From Collinsella sp. (GTDB lineage Bacteria > Actinomycetota > Coriobacteriia > Coriobacteriales > Coriobacteriaceae): a stretch of 64,000 nt of DNA. The DNA lies in contig JAXIXR010000003.1 of assembly GCA_036304905.1 (NCBI GenBank), positions 857 to 64,856 on the forward strand. Reading direction: 5' to 3'. The position numbers were made by a program, and so were the translations under genes. Under the pieces are notes generated by a model that worked only from the letters and a program-made list of their open reading frames with translations, made no database searches and was not told the origin of the DNA. Below are positions 47,191-56,011 of this stretch, in pieces. The number at the start of each line of letters is the position of its first letter. The stretch's first letter is position 1.

Positions 47191-48225
47191 ATGTCCCATA
47201 GCGTTACCGATAGCACCGTCCTGCTGGGCCACGGCTCCGGCGGCCAGATGATGAAACGCATCATCGACGAGGTCTTTTTGGATGCCTTTGGGTCGCCCGA
47301 GCTACTCGAGGGCAACGATGCCGGCGTCGCCGCACTGCCCGCGAGCGGGCGCATCGCCATGTCGACCGACAGCTTTGTCGTCTCGCCCCAGTTCTTCCCC
47401 GGCGGCAACATCGGTCGCCTTGCCGTGTGCGGAACCGTCAACGACGTCGCGACCTCGGGCGCCAACGTGCGCTACCTATCGTGCGGCTTTATCCTCGAAG
47501 AGGGTTATCCCATGGACAAGCTGCGTCAGATCGTGCAGACCATGGCCGAGACGGCGCGCGAGGCGGGCGTGGCGATTATCACCGGCGACACCAAAGTGGT
47601 TGAGCGCGGCGGGGCCGACGGCGTCTACATCAATACCGCCGGCGTGGGCGAAGTGCCCGCGGGTGTGGCGCTCAGTGGCGCAAACTGCCAGCCCGGCGAT
47701 GTCATCCTGGTGTCGGGCACACTCGGCGACCACGGCATCGCCATCATGAGCCAACGCGAGGGCTTGGCGTTTTCGAGCAACATCGAAAGCGATGCCGCGC
47801 CGCTCAACCACCTGATAGCCGACGTTCTGGCCGCAGCCCCCGACACGCGCTGTTTCCGCGACCCCACGCGCGGCGGCCTTGCATCCACACTCAATGAGTT
47901 TGCGCAGGCCAGCGGCGTTGCGATGGAGGTCGATGAGGACGCCGTGCCCGCGCGTCCCGATGTGCAGGCGGCTTGCGAGATGCTCGGCTATGACGTGCTG
48001 CAGGTGGCAAACGAGGGCAAGATGGTCGCCGTGGTGCCAGCCGAGCAGGCCGATGCGGCTCTAGCCGCCATGCGTACTGCCCGCTACGGCGAGAACGCCG
48101 CGATTATCGGCCGCGTGCTGCCGCTTGGATCGGACGCTCGACCCGCCGTGCGCGTACGCACCGGCTGGGGCTCAACCCGCATCCTCGACATGCTTGTGGG
48201 AGAACAGCTGCCAAGGATTTGCTAA
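47191..48225 (+). CDS. hypE: Hydrogenase maturation protein HypE
   Basis: PurM-like fold, C-terminal EQLPRIC with terminal Cys. Confidence 0.92.
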   Translation: MSHSVTDSTVLLGHGSGGQMMKRIIDEVFLDAFGSPELLEGNDAGVAALPASGRIAMSTDSFVVSPQFFPGGNIGRLAVCGTVNDVATSGANVRYLSCGFILEEGYPMDKLRQIVQTMAETAREAGVAIITGDTKVVERGGADGVYINTAGVGEVPAGVALSGANCQPGDVILVSGTLGDHGIAIMSQREGLAFSSNIESDAAPLNHLIADVLAAAPDTRCFRDPTRGGLASTLNEFAQASGVAMEVDEDAVPARPDVQAACEMLGYDVLQVANEGKMVAVVPAEQADAALAAMRTARYGENAAIIGRVLPLGSDARPAVRVRTGWGSTRILDMLVGEQLPRIC

Positions 48226-48348
48226 GCGGAACCGCACGGTCGGCGCGATGTGGCTAGACATCCCTGGAGATGTTCAGATTCCAAGCACGCCCAACGCATA
48301 AGCCCAGTATTATGAGGTGCGTTTTGAAACCCAATGACGGGAGCTTTC

Positions 48349-49017
48349 ATGGCAGCAGCTTTTTCCCATGTGATCTTTGATCTGGACGGCACCATCCTCA
48401 ACACGCTCGAGGACCTGGCGGCCGCCGGCAACCATACCTGCGAAATGCACGGCTGGCCCACGTTTGCCGTTGACGAATACCGCTACAAGGTGGGAAACGG
48501 CATGCTCAAGCTGGTTGAGCGCTTTATGCCTGCCGAGTATGTGGGCGACGGCCGCATGTTTGAGCAGACGCTTGCCGAGTTTAGGGCTTACTACGGCGAG
48601 CACAAGGAGGACCACACCGCCCCTTATGCCGGTACGATCGAGATGCTCGACCGCCTGCGCGCCGCGGGTGTGCAGCTTGCCGTGCTCACCAACAAGGACC
48701 ACGTCTCGGCGGCTCCGCTTATCGAGAAGTACTTTGGTCCCGACCGCTTTGCGCTGGTCCAGGGCCGTGTCGATGCGTTTCCGCCCAAGCCCGAAGCGCC
48801 CGTCACGCTGCATGTGATGGAAGCGCTGGGCGCTGACCCGGCAACCACGCTCTATGTGGGCGATTCCAATGTCGACGTCCTGACCGGTCACAATGCCGGC
48901 CTCAAGAGCGCGGGCGTCAGCTGGGGCTTCCGCGGCCGCGCAGAGCTGGAGGCCGCCGGCGCCGACTACGTGGTAGACACCCAGGCAGAGCTCGCGGCGC
49001 TGGTGCTGGGCGAGTAG
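48349..49017 (+). CDS. HAD-superfamily phosphatase (phosphoglycolate-phosphatase-like)
   Basis: VIFDLDGTILNT, LTNK, GDSNVDVLTG. ATG 48349 after GGGAG. Confidence 0.8.
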   Translation: MAAAFSHVIFDLDGTILNTLEDLAAAGNHTCEMHGWPTFAVDEYRYKVGNGMLKLVERFMPAEYVGDGRMFEQTLAEFRAYYGEHKEDHTAPYAGTIEMLDRLRAAGVQLAVLTNKDHVSAAPLIEKYFGPDRFALVQGRVDAFPPKPEAPVTLHVMEALGADPATTLYVGDSNVDVLTGHNAGLKSAGVSWGFRGRAELEAAGADYVVDTQAELAALVLGE

Positions 49018-49277
49018 CGAGCGGCACTGCTTAACGTAGCTGCGACAATTCTTCCGCGAGGAAAGCGCGTCCCGTTTTGGAGCTCCGAAATGGGATGCGC
49101 TTTCCGTTTGCGGCGCGTCGGGGAAACGGTATCCCGTTTCAGAGCAATATTCCGGGTCGCACTTTCCGCAACCAACCCCATCCGGAAACCGAGACCCGGA
49201 ATTCGACCAAAAACCGGGCCACATTTTCCCGAGCACTCGATGCAACGTTGGACAAAGGGGACAGGTTCATATGCGCC

Positions 49278-49514
49278 AAGGAGTGTCCCCAACTGTCGGC
49301 AGAAAAGGAGCGTCCCCAAGTGCCGCCCCAATGACTACCATGGCAACGCCGCAGGTAGAGGACGGACAGCGAAAACGCCCCTAAGCGAGCAAGGTGACGT
49401 GAAATGAAAGGGCGCTGACCTTCTGGTCGCGCCCTTGAAATTGAACGTCAGATTGCCGCTTAGGGGCGTTTGCAGCGTCAACTGGTTACGCGGTTCGTAG
49501 AACCGCGTAACCCC
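49278..49514 (-). repeat. Composite 3'-flank repeat, copy 1 (terminator-like hairpin, GACGCTGC box, stem-enclosed conserved core, GTCCCC modules)
   Basis: About 85% identical to 51751-51980. Outer stem is 49373-49387 with 49457-49471. Inner hairpin GGGCGCTGACC-ttct-GGTCGCGCCC. Confidence 0.75.
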
Positions 49515-50072
49515 CTAGTTCATCATCGCATTCATCATCTCGTTGGTTGCGGAATCGTCAGCAGACCACTCGCCGTCGTCATTGGCGGTGTACTTGAAGG
49601 TGACCGTGGTGTCCTTGGTCTTAGCAGCCTTGGTCACATCGACCATAACCTGACCGGCCATCTTGTACAACTCGTCATCGGAAGGCATCGAATCGAGCGC
49701 GGCGACCTTCTCCTGATACTGGGTGGCAAAATCCTCAACGATCTGGTTCATGGACTTGCAGGTAATGGTGACCTCGGCAGTTGCGGTGCCCTTGTCCTCG
49801 TCGACCGTCACGTCGCCGATCTTGTAGTCAAAGCCCTCGAGATAGCTCTTGGCATACTCCTTGGGATCGATGCCCAGCTGCTCGAACTCGTCGCCCGAAG
49901 CCTCTTCCAGACCGGCGAGGAAATCGTCTCCGCCATTCTTAACCTCATCAAACTGAGTCGTAAGGTCCTTGGTGATGAGCTCCTCGACCGAAGGGCCTCC
50001 GCAGCCGGAAAGTAGGACCACGCACGCAACCAAGACGGCCATGAGGGGCGCAAGCAGCAGCTTCTTTTTCAT
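49515..50072 (-). CDS. Lipoprotein, function unknown
   Basis: MKKKLLLAPLMAVLVACVVLLSGCGG lipobox. GGGAGG RBS before ATG 50072. Confidence 0.75.
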   Translation of the reverse strand: MKKKLLLAPLMAVLVACVVLLSGCGGPSVEELITKDLTTQFDEVKNGGDDFLAGLEEASGDEFEQLGIDPKEYAKSYLEGFDYKIGDVTVDEDKGTATAEVTITCKSMNQIVEDFATQYQEKVAALDSMPSDDELYKMAGQVMVDVTKAAKTKDTTVTFKYTANDDGEWSADDSATNEMMNAMMN

Positions 50073-50308
50073 GTTATTCCTCCCAATGAGCGGCACCGCG
50101 CTTCCCGGACACGGCGCACGTTGTAATAAGGTAAGCCCATAGTATCCACTTATGAACACCCTCGGCAGTACGAAGGCGCGGTCGGTTCGTTTTAGTATCC
50201 GAACGGTCTGTAGACTTGCCCAACGTGCAATAAACGCGTGCACCCGGTCTAATAAAAAGGGTGGCCGGACAATCCAACCACCCTAAAACATCCTCTGGAC
50301 GTTACAGC

Positions 50309-50842
50309 TTACTTGCGGACGACCTTGACGATGGCATCGCCGGCGGCGACGGCGGACTCGGCCTCGACGGCGAGCTCGACATCGGCAAACTCGGCGGTGT
50401 TGGACACGGCCACGACGACGCAGTCCTTGTAACCGGCAGCGGCGATCTTGGCGCGGTCGATCTTGAGTATGGGCTGGCCAGCCTTCACGACGTCGTCGGC
50501 CTTGACGAAGCCCTCGAAGCCGTCGCCGTTCATATTGACGGTATCGACGCCAACGTGCACCAGAACCTCGATGCCGCTATCGGACTGCAGGCCCACGGCG
50601 TGACCCATGGTGACGGTCACCTTGCCGTCGCAGGGAGCGTAGACCAGGTCGTCCTCGGGCCACACGGCGCAACCCTTGCCCAGAACCTCGCCACCAAAAA
50701 CGGGATCGGGCACGTCGGCCATCTTGATGACCTTGCCTTTGACAGGCGAGCACAGCACGTCGGCGCCGGCAGAAGCAGAGATGGAGGCCGGAGCAGCAGC
50801 GGCAGGCTCGGCCTTCTTCTTGAACATGTCAAACAGACCCAT
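50309..50842 (-). CDS. PTS glucose-family EIIA domain protein (stand-alone)
   Basis: DPVFGGEVLGKGCAV...GHAVGL...VLVHVGVDTV (phospho-His region). GAGGAG RBS. Confidence 0.85.
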   Translation of the reverse strand: MGLFDMFKKKAEPAAAAPASISASAGADVLCSPVKGKVIKMADVPDPVFGGEVLGKGCAVWPEDDLVYAPCDGKVTVTMGHAVGLQSDSGIEVLVHVGVDTVNMNGDGFEGFVKADDVVKAGQPILKIDRAKIAAAGYKDCVVVAVSNTAEFADVELAVEAESAVAAGDAIVKVVRK

Positions 50843-51019
50843 ACATTTTCTCCTCTTGATTAAGCGCAACGTTTTGCGCATGCCTATGGTGATTATAGTG
50901 CCAAATGGCCAAAATACTAAGGCGAGGGCTCGAATCGCAAGCCCTTCCCGGTAGTGCTCGTGGGATGAGCATCTCCTTTGCATCGCGGGTCGATAAGCCG
51001 AGTATCGCCTGCGCAGGTC

Positions 51020-51583
51020 ATGGAGCGCATGGAGGGGCTCTACCAGAACACGCTGGCCGAGACGCAGGAGCTGCTCGACCCCACGCAGCTCGACCACGCC
51101 ACCAAACTCATCGCGAACGCCCGACAGGTCGACATCTACACGGGCTCGCACAATCTCTATCCAGCGGGAATGTTCCGCGATCGCCTGCTCTCCGTCGGTA
51201 AAAGCGCGACGTGCCACGACAATGTCGAAGCCCAGGTGCGCACGGCGCTCGCCTCGGGCCCCGACCATGTGGCAATCGTCATCTCCTACAGCGGCCTTGC
51301 CCCCAACCTCAAGGACATCTTACCGATCCTCAGCAGTCGGCATGTCCCGGTCATCGTTATCGGCACGCCTCATTGCGCACGCATTCACCCTGGCTTTGCC
51401 GCCTACCTCACGGTGAGTGACCACGAGAGCATGACGCATCGCATCACGCAGTTCGCGAGCCACATCGCCGTGCAATACGTGCTCGATTCGCTCTACAGCA
51501 GCTACTTCGCCAAAGACTACGCCCGCTGCTCCGAGTTCCTAGAGCGCTCGTTTCCCTACACCCGCCTGCCCGGACTCAAGTAG
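51020..51583 (+). CDS. SIS-domain protein resembling an RpiR/MurR regulator that lacks the N-terminal HTH domain
   Basis: RQVDIYTGSHNLYPAGMFRDRLLSVG...VAIVISYSG is a SIS fold. Only about 135 nt separate it from the divergent EIIA gene, so there is no room for an HTH_6 domain. Start is 50978 or 51020. Confidence 0.6.
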   Translation: MERMEGLYQNTLAETQELLDPTQLDHATKLIANARQVDIYTGSHNLYPAGMFRDRLLSVGKSATCHDNVEAQVRTALASGPDHVAIVISYSGLAPNLKDILPILSSRHVPVIVIGTPHCARIHPGFAAYLTVSDHESMTHRITQFASHIAVQYVLDSLYSSYFAKDYARCSEFLERSFPYTRLPGLK

Positions 51584-51690
51584 CGACGAGCGTGGATTTT
51601 TGGACGCTTAACTAACGAGCGTGGATAATCTTCCACTTTGAGGCCGCACACAGGCCAAAACCGGGAGATTATCCACGCTCATTTCTGCCT

Positions 51691-51980
51691 AGTCATTGGG
51701 GACGTTCTTAAACGACCAGTCAAACAAGAACGTCCCCAACGACTACCCCGAGGAGTGTCCCAAACTGCCGGCAGAAAAGGAACGTCCCCAGGTGCCGCAT
51801 CCGGAGCAAGGCAACGCCGCAGGTAGAGGACGGACAGCGAGCGGGCCGCATTTGAGACAAGGTGACGTGAAACGAAAGGGCGCTGACCTTCTGGTCGCGC
51901 CCTTGAAGTTGAACGTCAGATTGTCCAAATGCGGCCCGCGCAGCGTCGAGCTGTTACGGCGTTTGGTAAAACGCCGTAAC
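51691..51980 (-). repeat. Composite 3'-flank repeat, copy 2 (51751-51980 homologous to 49278-49514; 51691-51745 is a GGGGACGTTCTT hairpin module)
   Basis: Outer stem GCGGGCCGCATTTG (51841-51854) with CAAATGCGGCCCGC (51926-51939). Core is nearly identical to copy 1. Confidence 0.75.
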
Positions 51981-52660
51981 TAACGAGCTCCGTACTGCTC
52001 GTAGTAGGCGTCGATGGCGGTCTTGAGCTCGTCGTCGATGACAACCTTGCCGTCGATCTCGTGGTTGTAGAGGGTCGCGACGACCTCGGCCATGGAGACG
52101 ATGCTCGCGACGGGGAAACCGTACTTGGCCTCGATCTCCTTCTGCGCGGTGGTCACACCGCCCTTGCCGACCTCCATGCGGTTGAGGGACACGATCAGGC
52201 CCTTGATCTCGACATCGGCAGCAGCCTTGACCTTGGGATAGGTCTCGTCGATGGACTTGCCGCTGGTGGTAACGTCCTCGACCATGACCACACGGTCGCC
52301 GTCCTTGGGCTCATAACCCAGCAGGTTGCCCTTATCGGCACCGTGGTCCTTGGCCTCCTTGCGGTCGCAGCAGTACTTGACCTCCTTGCCGTACAGCTCG
52401 TGGTAGGCAATTGCGGTCACGACGGCCAGCGGAATACCCTTGTAGGCCGGTCCAAACAGCACGTCAAAGTCGTCGCCAAAGTTATCGTGGATGGCCTGGG
52501 CGTAATACTCGCCCAGCTTCTTGAGCTGATAGCCCGTCACGTAAGCGCCGGCGTTCATAAAGAACGGGGACTGACGGCCGCTCTTGAGCGTAAAGCTGCC
52601 GAACTTAAGGACGTCGGACTCGACCATAAACTTGATGAACTCTTGCTTGTAAGCCTCCAT
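51980..52660 (-). CDS. pyrE: Orotate phosphoribosyltransferase
   Basis: FGSFTLKSGRQSPFF and the PRPP motif VVMVEDVTTSGKS. Confidence 0.92.
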   Translation of the reverse strand: MEAYKQEFIKFMVESDVLKFGSFTLKSGRQSPFFMNAGAYVTGYQLKKLGEYYAQAIHDNFGDDFDVLFGPAYKGIPLAVVTAIAYHELYGKEVKYCCDRKEAKDHGADKGNLLGYEPKDGDRVVMVEDVTTSGKSIDETYPKVKAAADVEIKGLIVSLNRMEVGKGGVTTAQKEIEAKYGFPVASIVSMAEVVATLYNHEIDGKVVIDDELKTAIDAYYEQYGAR

Positions 52661-52790
52661 GCGGGCTCCTCTCGTAATCGCGTGCGTGCTCTTCAGTTTA
52701 GCGCAGGCGAGGCGTCGATGTGAGCGCGCTTTGGGGCCACGGCATTCTGTAAAGGCTTTGTCAGGGGGAATGGTTTTCCGAACAATGGGG

Positions 52791-52819
52791 TTGACATGTC
52801 AAACCCCCTCATCAAGAAT
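52791..52819 (+). promoter_or_regulatory. Candidate sigma-70-type promoter of the mgtA leader
   Basis: TTGACA (52791-52796), 17-nt spacer, AAGAAT (52814-52819). The -35 sits inside the palindrome GGGGTTGACATGTCAAACCCC. Confidence 0.35.
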
Positions 52820-52886
52820 ACGGGCGGATTAAAAAGGGGTACGAGATACCCAAAGCGCGCTGCGCTCAGCCTTTAGGAGGTGTGCC

Positions 52887-52958
52887 ATGGAAGGCAGTCC
52901 TAGTCGAAAAACCTGCATGTCGCCCTCGGCACGCCGCGAGGACTCCGCACACGCATAA
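52887..52958 (+). CDS. Candidate 23-codon leader ORF upstream of mgtA
   Basis: AGGAGG 6 nt before the ATG. MEGSPSRKTCMSPSARREDSAHA. Followed by a hairpin at about 52982-53012 and a T-run at about 53043-53048. Confidence 0.3.
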   Translation: MEGSPSRKTCMSPSARREDSAHA

Positions 52959-53100
52959 ACGCCACCGGCAGATCGTCAACCCCCCCCACAAAGGTGCCTG
53001 TCCCCTTTGTGGTAGTTCGTGAGCTTGACGTGAGCGACATCTAGGTTTTTTGCAACTCAATACGACACGTACGCTAACTCCCTTCAACAAGGAGGACCCT

Positions 53101-55869
53101 ATGCTGATGCTCAAAACCGCCACGGTTCTCGAAGCCATCTCCAAGCGCCGCCGCACGGCGCGCCCTGCCGCTCGCACCGGCCTGTCCAAGAACACCATAT
53201 TCGCCGCCACCCATAGCGCCGAGGACGCTCTCGTACTGCTTGACGCCACGGCAAACGGCCTCACCGCCGAGCAGGCAACCGAGCGCCTGGATGCCGCCGG
53301 CCCCAACACCATCGAAGCGCCGACCAAGACGCTCGCCCGCCGCATCGCCGACGCGTTCATCGATCCCTTCGCCGGCATCCTCGCCGCGCTCGCGCTGGTC
53401 TCACTCTACATCGACGTGCTCGCCGTGCCCGAGCCGCAGCGCGACCCCTCCACGGTCATCGTCATCAGCATCATGCTGCTGGTATCGGGCGGCATGAAGT
53501 TTATCCAGGAAGCCCGCAGCGGCAATGCGGCAGAGGCCCTCAAGGACCTGGTCTCCAACACTTGCACCGCCCTGCGCGACGACGAGCGCATCGAGATCCT
53601 CTTCGACGAGCTCGTCCCCGGCGATGTGATCCGCCTCTCTGCCGGCGATATGGTGCCAGCAGATGCCCGCGTCATCACCGCGCGCGACCTGTTTGTCATC
53701 GAGTCCGCACTCACCGGCGAGAGCGAGGCAGTCGAGAAGACCGCTGCCGTCACCGTCGTCGAGGGTGCCGACGGCTCCGCGCCGCCACTCTCTGCCTGCA
53801 AGAACATCGTCTTTACCGGCACCTCCGTGCAAAACGGCACCGCCATGGCGCTTGTCGTTGCCACCGGCTCGGACACCTACCTGGGCGGCATCGCCAAGAT
53901 ACTCAACGGGTGCGGCGAAAAGAGCGCGTTTGACCGCGGCGTCTCGAGCGTCTCCATGTTGCTCGTACGCCTCATGCTCGTTATGGCGCCGGCCGTCTTT
54001 GCCATCAACGCCGCCACCAAGGGCAACGTCATCGACGCGCTGCTGTTCGCCACGAGCGTGGCCGTGGGCATCACGCCGCAGATGCTCCCCGTCATCGTGA
54101 CCACGAGCCTGTCGCAGGGCGCCAAGGACCTCGCCCGTCGCCAGGTTATCGTCAAGGAGCTGCCGGCGATTCAAAACCTGGGCGCCATGGACGTCCTGTG
54201 CTGCGACAAGACCGGCACCCTCACCGAAGACCGCATCGTGCTCGAGCGCTACCTCAACACCGATGGCAACGAGGACGCGCGCGTGCTGCGCCATGCGTTT
54301 TTGAACAGCTTCTTCCAGACCGGCCTCAAAAATCTTATCGACCTGGCCGTAATCGACCGTGCCGATGTGACACCCTCGACCGTCGCACCCGATTCCATGC
54401 TGGGCCAGAGCCTGCGCGACCGCTACACCAAGGTCGACGAGGTTCCCTTCGATTTCTCGCGCCGTCGCCTGAGCGTAGTTGTCTCCGACGCCCAAGGCAA
54501 AACCCAGATGGTTACCAAGGGAGCTGCCGAGGAAATGCTCGAGATCTGCTCCTTTGTCGAGGTCGATGGCATCGCCCGGCCGCTCGCCGAAGACAAGCTC
54601 GCCCAGATTCGCAAGCAGGTCGCCGATCTTAACGCCGAGGGCCTGCGCGTGATTGCCGTGGCACAGAAGACCGATCCGCGCTGCGTGGGCGAGTTTGGCA
54701 TCGCCGACGAATGCGACATGGTACTGATGGGCTTTTTGGCCTTCCTCGATCCGCCCAAAGCAAGTGCCGCGGGAGCCGTCGCCACGCTCGAAGCCAAGGG
54801 CGTGGCGGTCAAGGTCCTGACCGGCGACAACGACCGCGTCGCCGCCACCGTCTGCGAGCAGATTGGTATCGATGCGAGCAACGTCTTGCTCGGCTCCGAG
54901 ATCGATGCACTCGATGACGCCGAGCTTGCCGAGCGCGCCGAGAAAACCCACCTCTTCGCCAAGCTCTCGCCAGTGCAGAAGGCACGCCTGGTGCGCGTCA
55001 TGCGCGAGATGCTCGACCACACCGTGGGCTTTATGGGCGACGGCATCAACGACGCCGCCGCCATGCGTGCGAGCGATTGCGGCATCTCGGTCGATTCGGC
55101 CGTCGACATTGCCAAGGAATCCGCCGATATCATCTTGCTTCAGAAGGACCTGGGCGTGCTCGAACGCGGCATCATCGAAGGCCGCCGCACCTACGGCAAC
55201 CTGCTCAAGTACCTCAAGACCACAGTGAGCTCCAACTTTGGCAACGTGCTGTCCGTGACCGTCGCAAGCCTGTTCTTGCCGTTTTTGCCCATGAGTGCCC
55301 TGCAGCTGGTGCTGCTGTCGCTCGTCTACGAGATCGTGTGCATCACGCTACCGTGGGACACCGTCGATGACGCCTGGACTGCCCGTCCGCGCTCCTGGGA
55401 CGCCGCGTCCATCAAGGGCTTTATGCTCGAGCTGGGCCCCGTGAGCTCGCTGTTTGACATCGTGACCTTCGCCGCGCTCTTCTTTGTGGTGTGCCCCGCC
55501 GCCGTGGGCGCAAGTTGGGCCGAGCTCGCCGCTACGAGCAATGTCGCGAGCATGGCGACCTTTGCCGCGCTCTTCCAGAGTGGCTGGTTTATCGAGTCCA
55601 TGTGGTCGCAGACGCTCGTGATCCACATGCTGCGCTCCCCGCGCCTGCCGAGCCCACGTGACCACGCCGCGCCGGCACTGTGCGCTCTCACCGTGCTAGG
55701 CCTGGCGCTTGTCACCTGGCTGCCGGCAAGCCCCATCGCCGATGCACTCGGCCTCACGACGCTACCCGCGAGCTTTTTCGCGCTGCTCATCGGCATCGTT
55801 ACCGCCTATATCGCGCTCACCCAGCTGGCAAAGCGCCGCTACATCGTCCGCCACGGCGAGCTGCTGTAG
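53101..55869 (+). CDS. mgtA: Magnesium-importing P-type ATPase
   Basis: TGES (LTGESEAV), CCDKTGTLT, GDGINDAAAM, 10 TM pattern. ATG 53101 after AAGGAGG. Confidence 0.9.
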   Translation: MLMLKTATVLEAISKRRRTARPAARTGLSKNTIFAATHSAEDALVLLDATANGLTAEQATERLDAAGPNTIEAPTKTLARRIADAFIDPFAGILAALALVSLYIDVLAVPEPQRDPSTVIVISIMLLVSGGMKFIQEARSGNAAEALKDLVSNTCTALRDDERIEILFDELVPGDVIRLSAGDMVPADARVITARDLFVIESALTGESEAVEKTAAVTVVEGADGSAPPLSACKNIVFTGTSVQNGTAMALVVATGSDTYLGGIAKILNGCGEKSAFDRGVSSVSMLLVRLMLVMAPAVFAINAATKGNVIDALLFATSVAVGITPQMLPVIVTTSLSQGAKDLARRQVIVKELPAIQNLGAMDVLCCDKTGTLTEDRIVLERYLNTDGNEDARVLRHAFLNSFFQTGLKNLIDLAVIDRADVTPSTVAPDSMLGQSLRDRYTKVDEVPFDFSRRRLSVVVSDAQGKTQMVTKGAAEEMLEICSFVEVDGIARPLAEDKLAQIRKQVADLNAEGLRVIAVAQKTDPRCVGEFGIADECDMVLMGFLAFLDPPKASAAGAVATLEAKGVAVKVLTGDNDRVAATVCEQIGIDASNVLLGSEIDALDDAELAERAEKTHLFAKLSPVQKARLVRVMREMLDHTVGFMGDGINDAAAMRASDCGISVDSAVDIAKESADIILLQKDLGVLERGIIEGRRTYGNLLKYLKTTVSSNFGNVLSVTVASLFLPFLPMSALQLVLLSLVYEIVCITLPWDTVDDAWTARPRSWDAASIKGFMLELGPVSSLFDIVTFAALFFVVCPAAVGASWAELAATSNVASMATFAALFQSGWFIESMWSQTLVIHMLRSPRLPSPRDHAAPALCALTVLGLALVTWLPASPIADALGLTTLPASFFALLIGIVTAYIALTQLAKRRYIVRHGELL

Positions 55870-55930
55870 CAAGCAGGCGGAAAGCACCCTGCCAGCTGCC
55901 GACGTCGACGCCGCAGCCTATCCCCTCAGC

Positions 55931-55997
55931 AGTTGCGGTGAAATAGTTCCTGTTTAAAGTCCCACGACCTTGATTTAGGGACTATTCCACCGCAACT
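55931..55997. repeat. Inverted-repeat element, second copy of the 20108-20180 family
   Basis: AGTTGCGGTGAAATAG...CTATTCCACCGCAACTTATTGG, between convergent mgtA and the LuxR-type gene. Confidence 0.65.
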
Positions 55998-56011
55998 TAT
56001 TGGGGGATTAG

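Noticed and set aside
49077-49407. Small ORFs inside the composite repeats (49077-49407 and 51696-51983) that give similar peptides such as ECPQLSAEKERPQVP
   Set aside because: The similarity follows from nucleotide repetition. The two copies go out of frame relative to each other after about 20 codons. There is no RBS. The sequences are dominated by hairpins.
52860-53050. M-box (ykoK) Mg2+ riboswitch upstream of mgtA
   Set aside because: TTTAGGAGGTGTGCC superficially resembles GUUAGGUGAGGCUCC. The other conserved blocks of the motif could not be found by eye. This should still be confirmed with Infernal.
53401-55020. 539-aa minus-strand ORF inside mgtA
   Set aside because: It is antisense to a P-type ATPase with all signature motifs. 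It is a shadow ORF.
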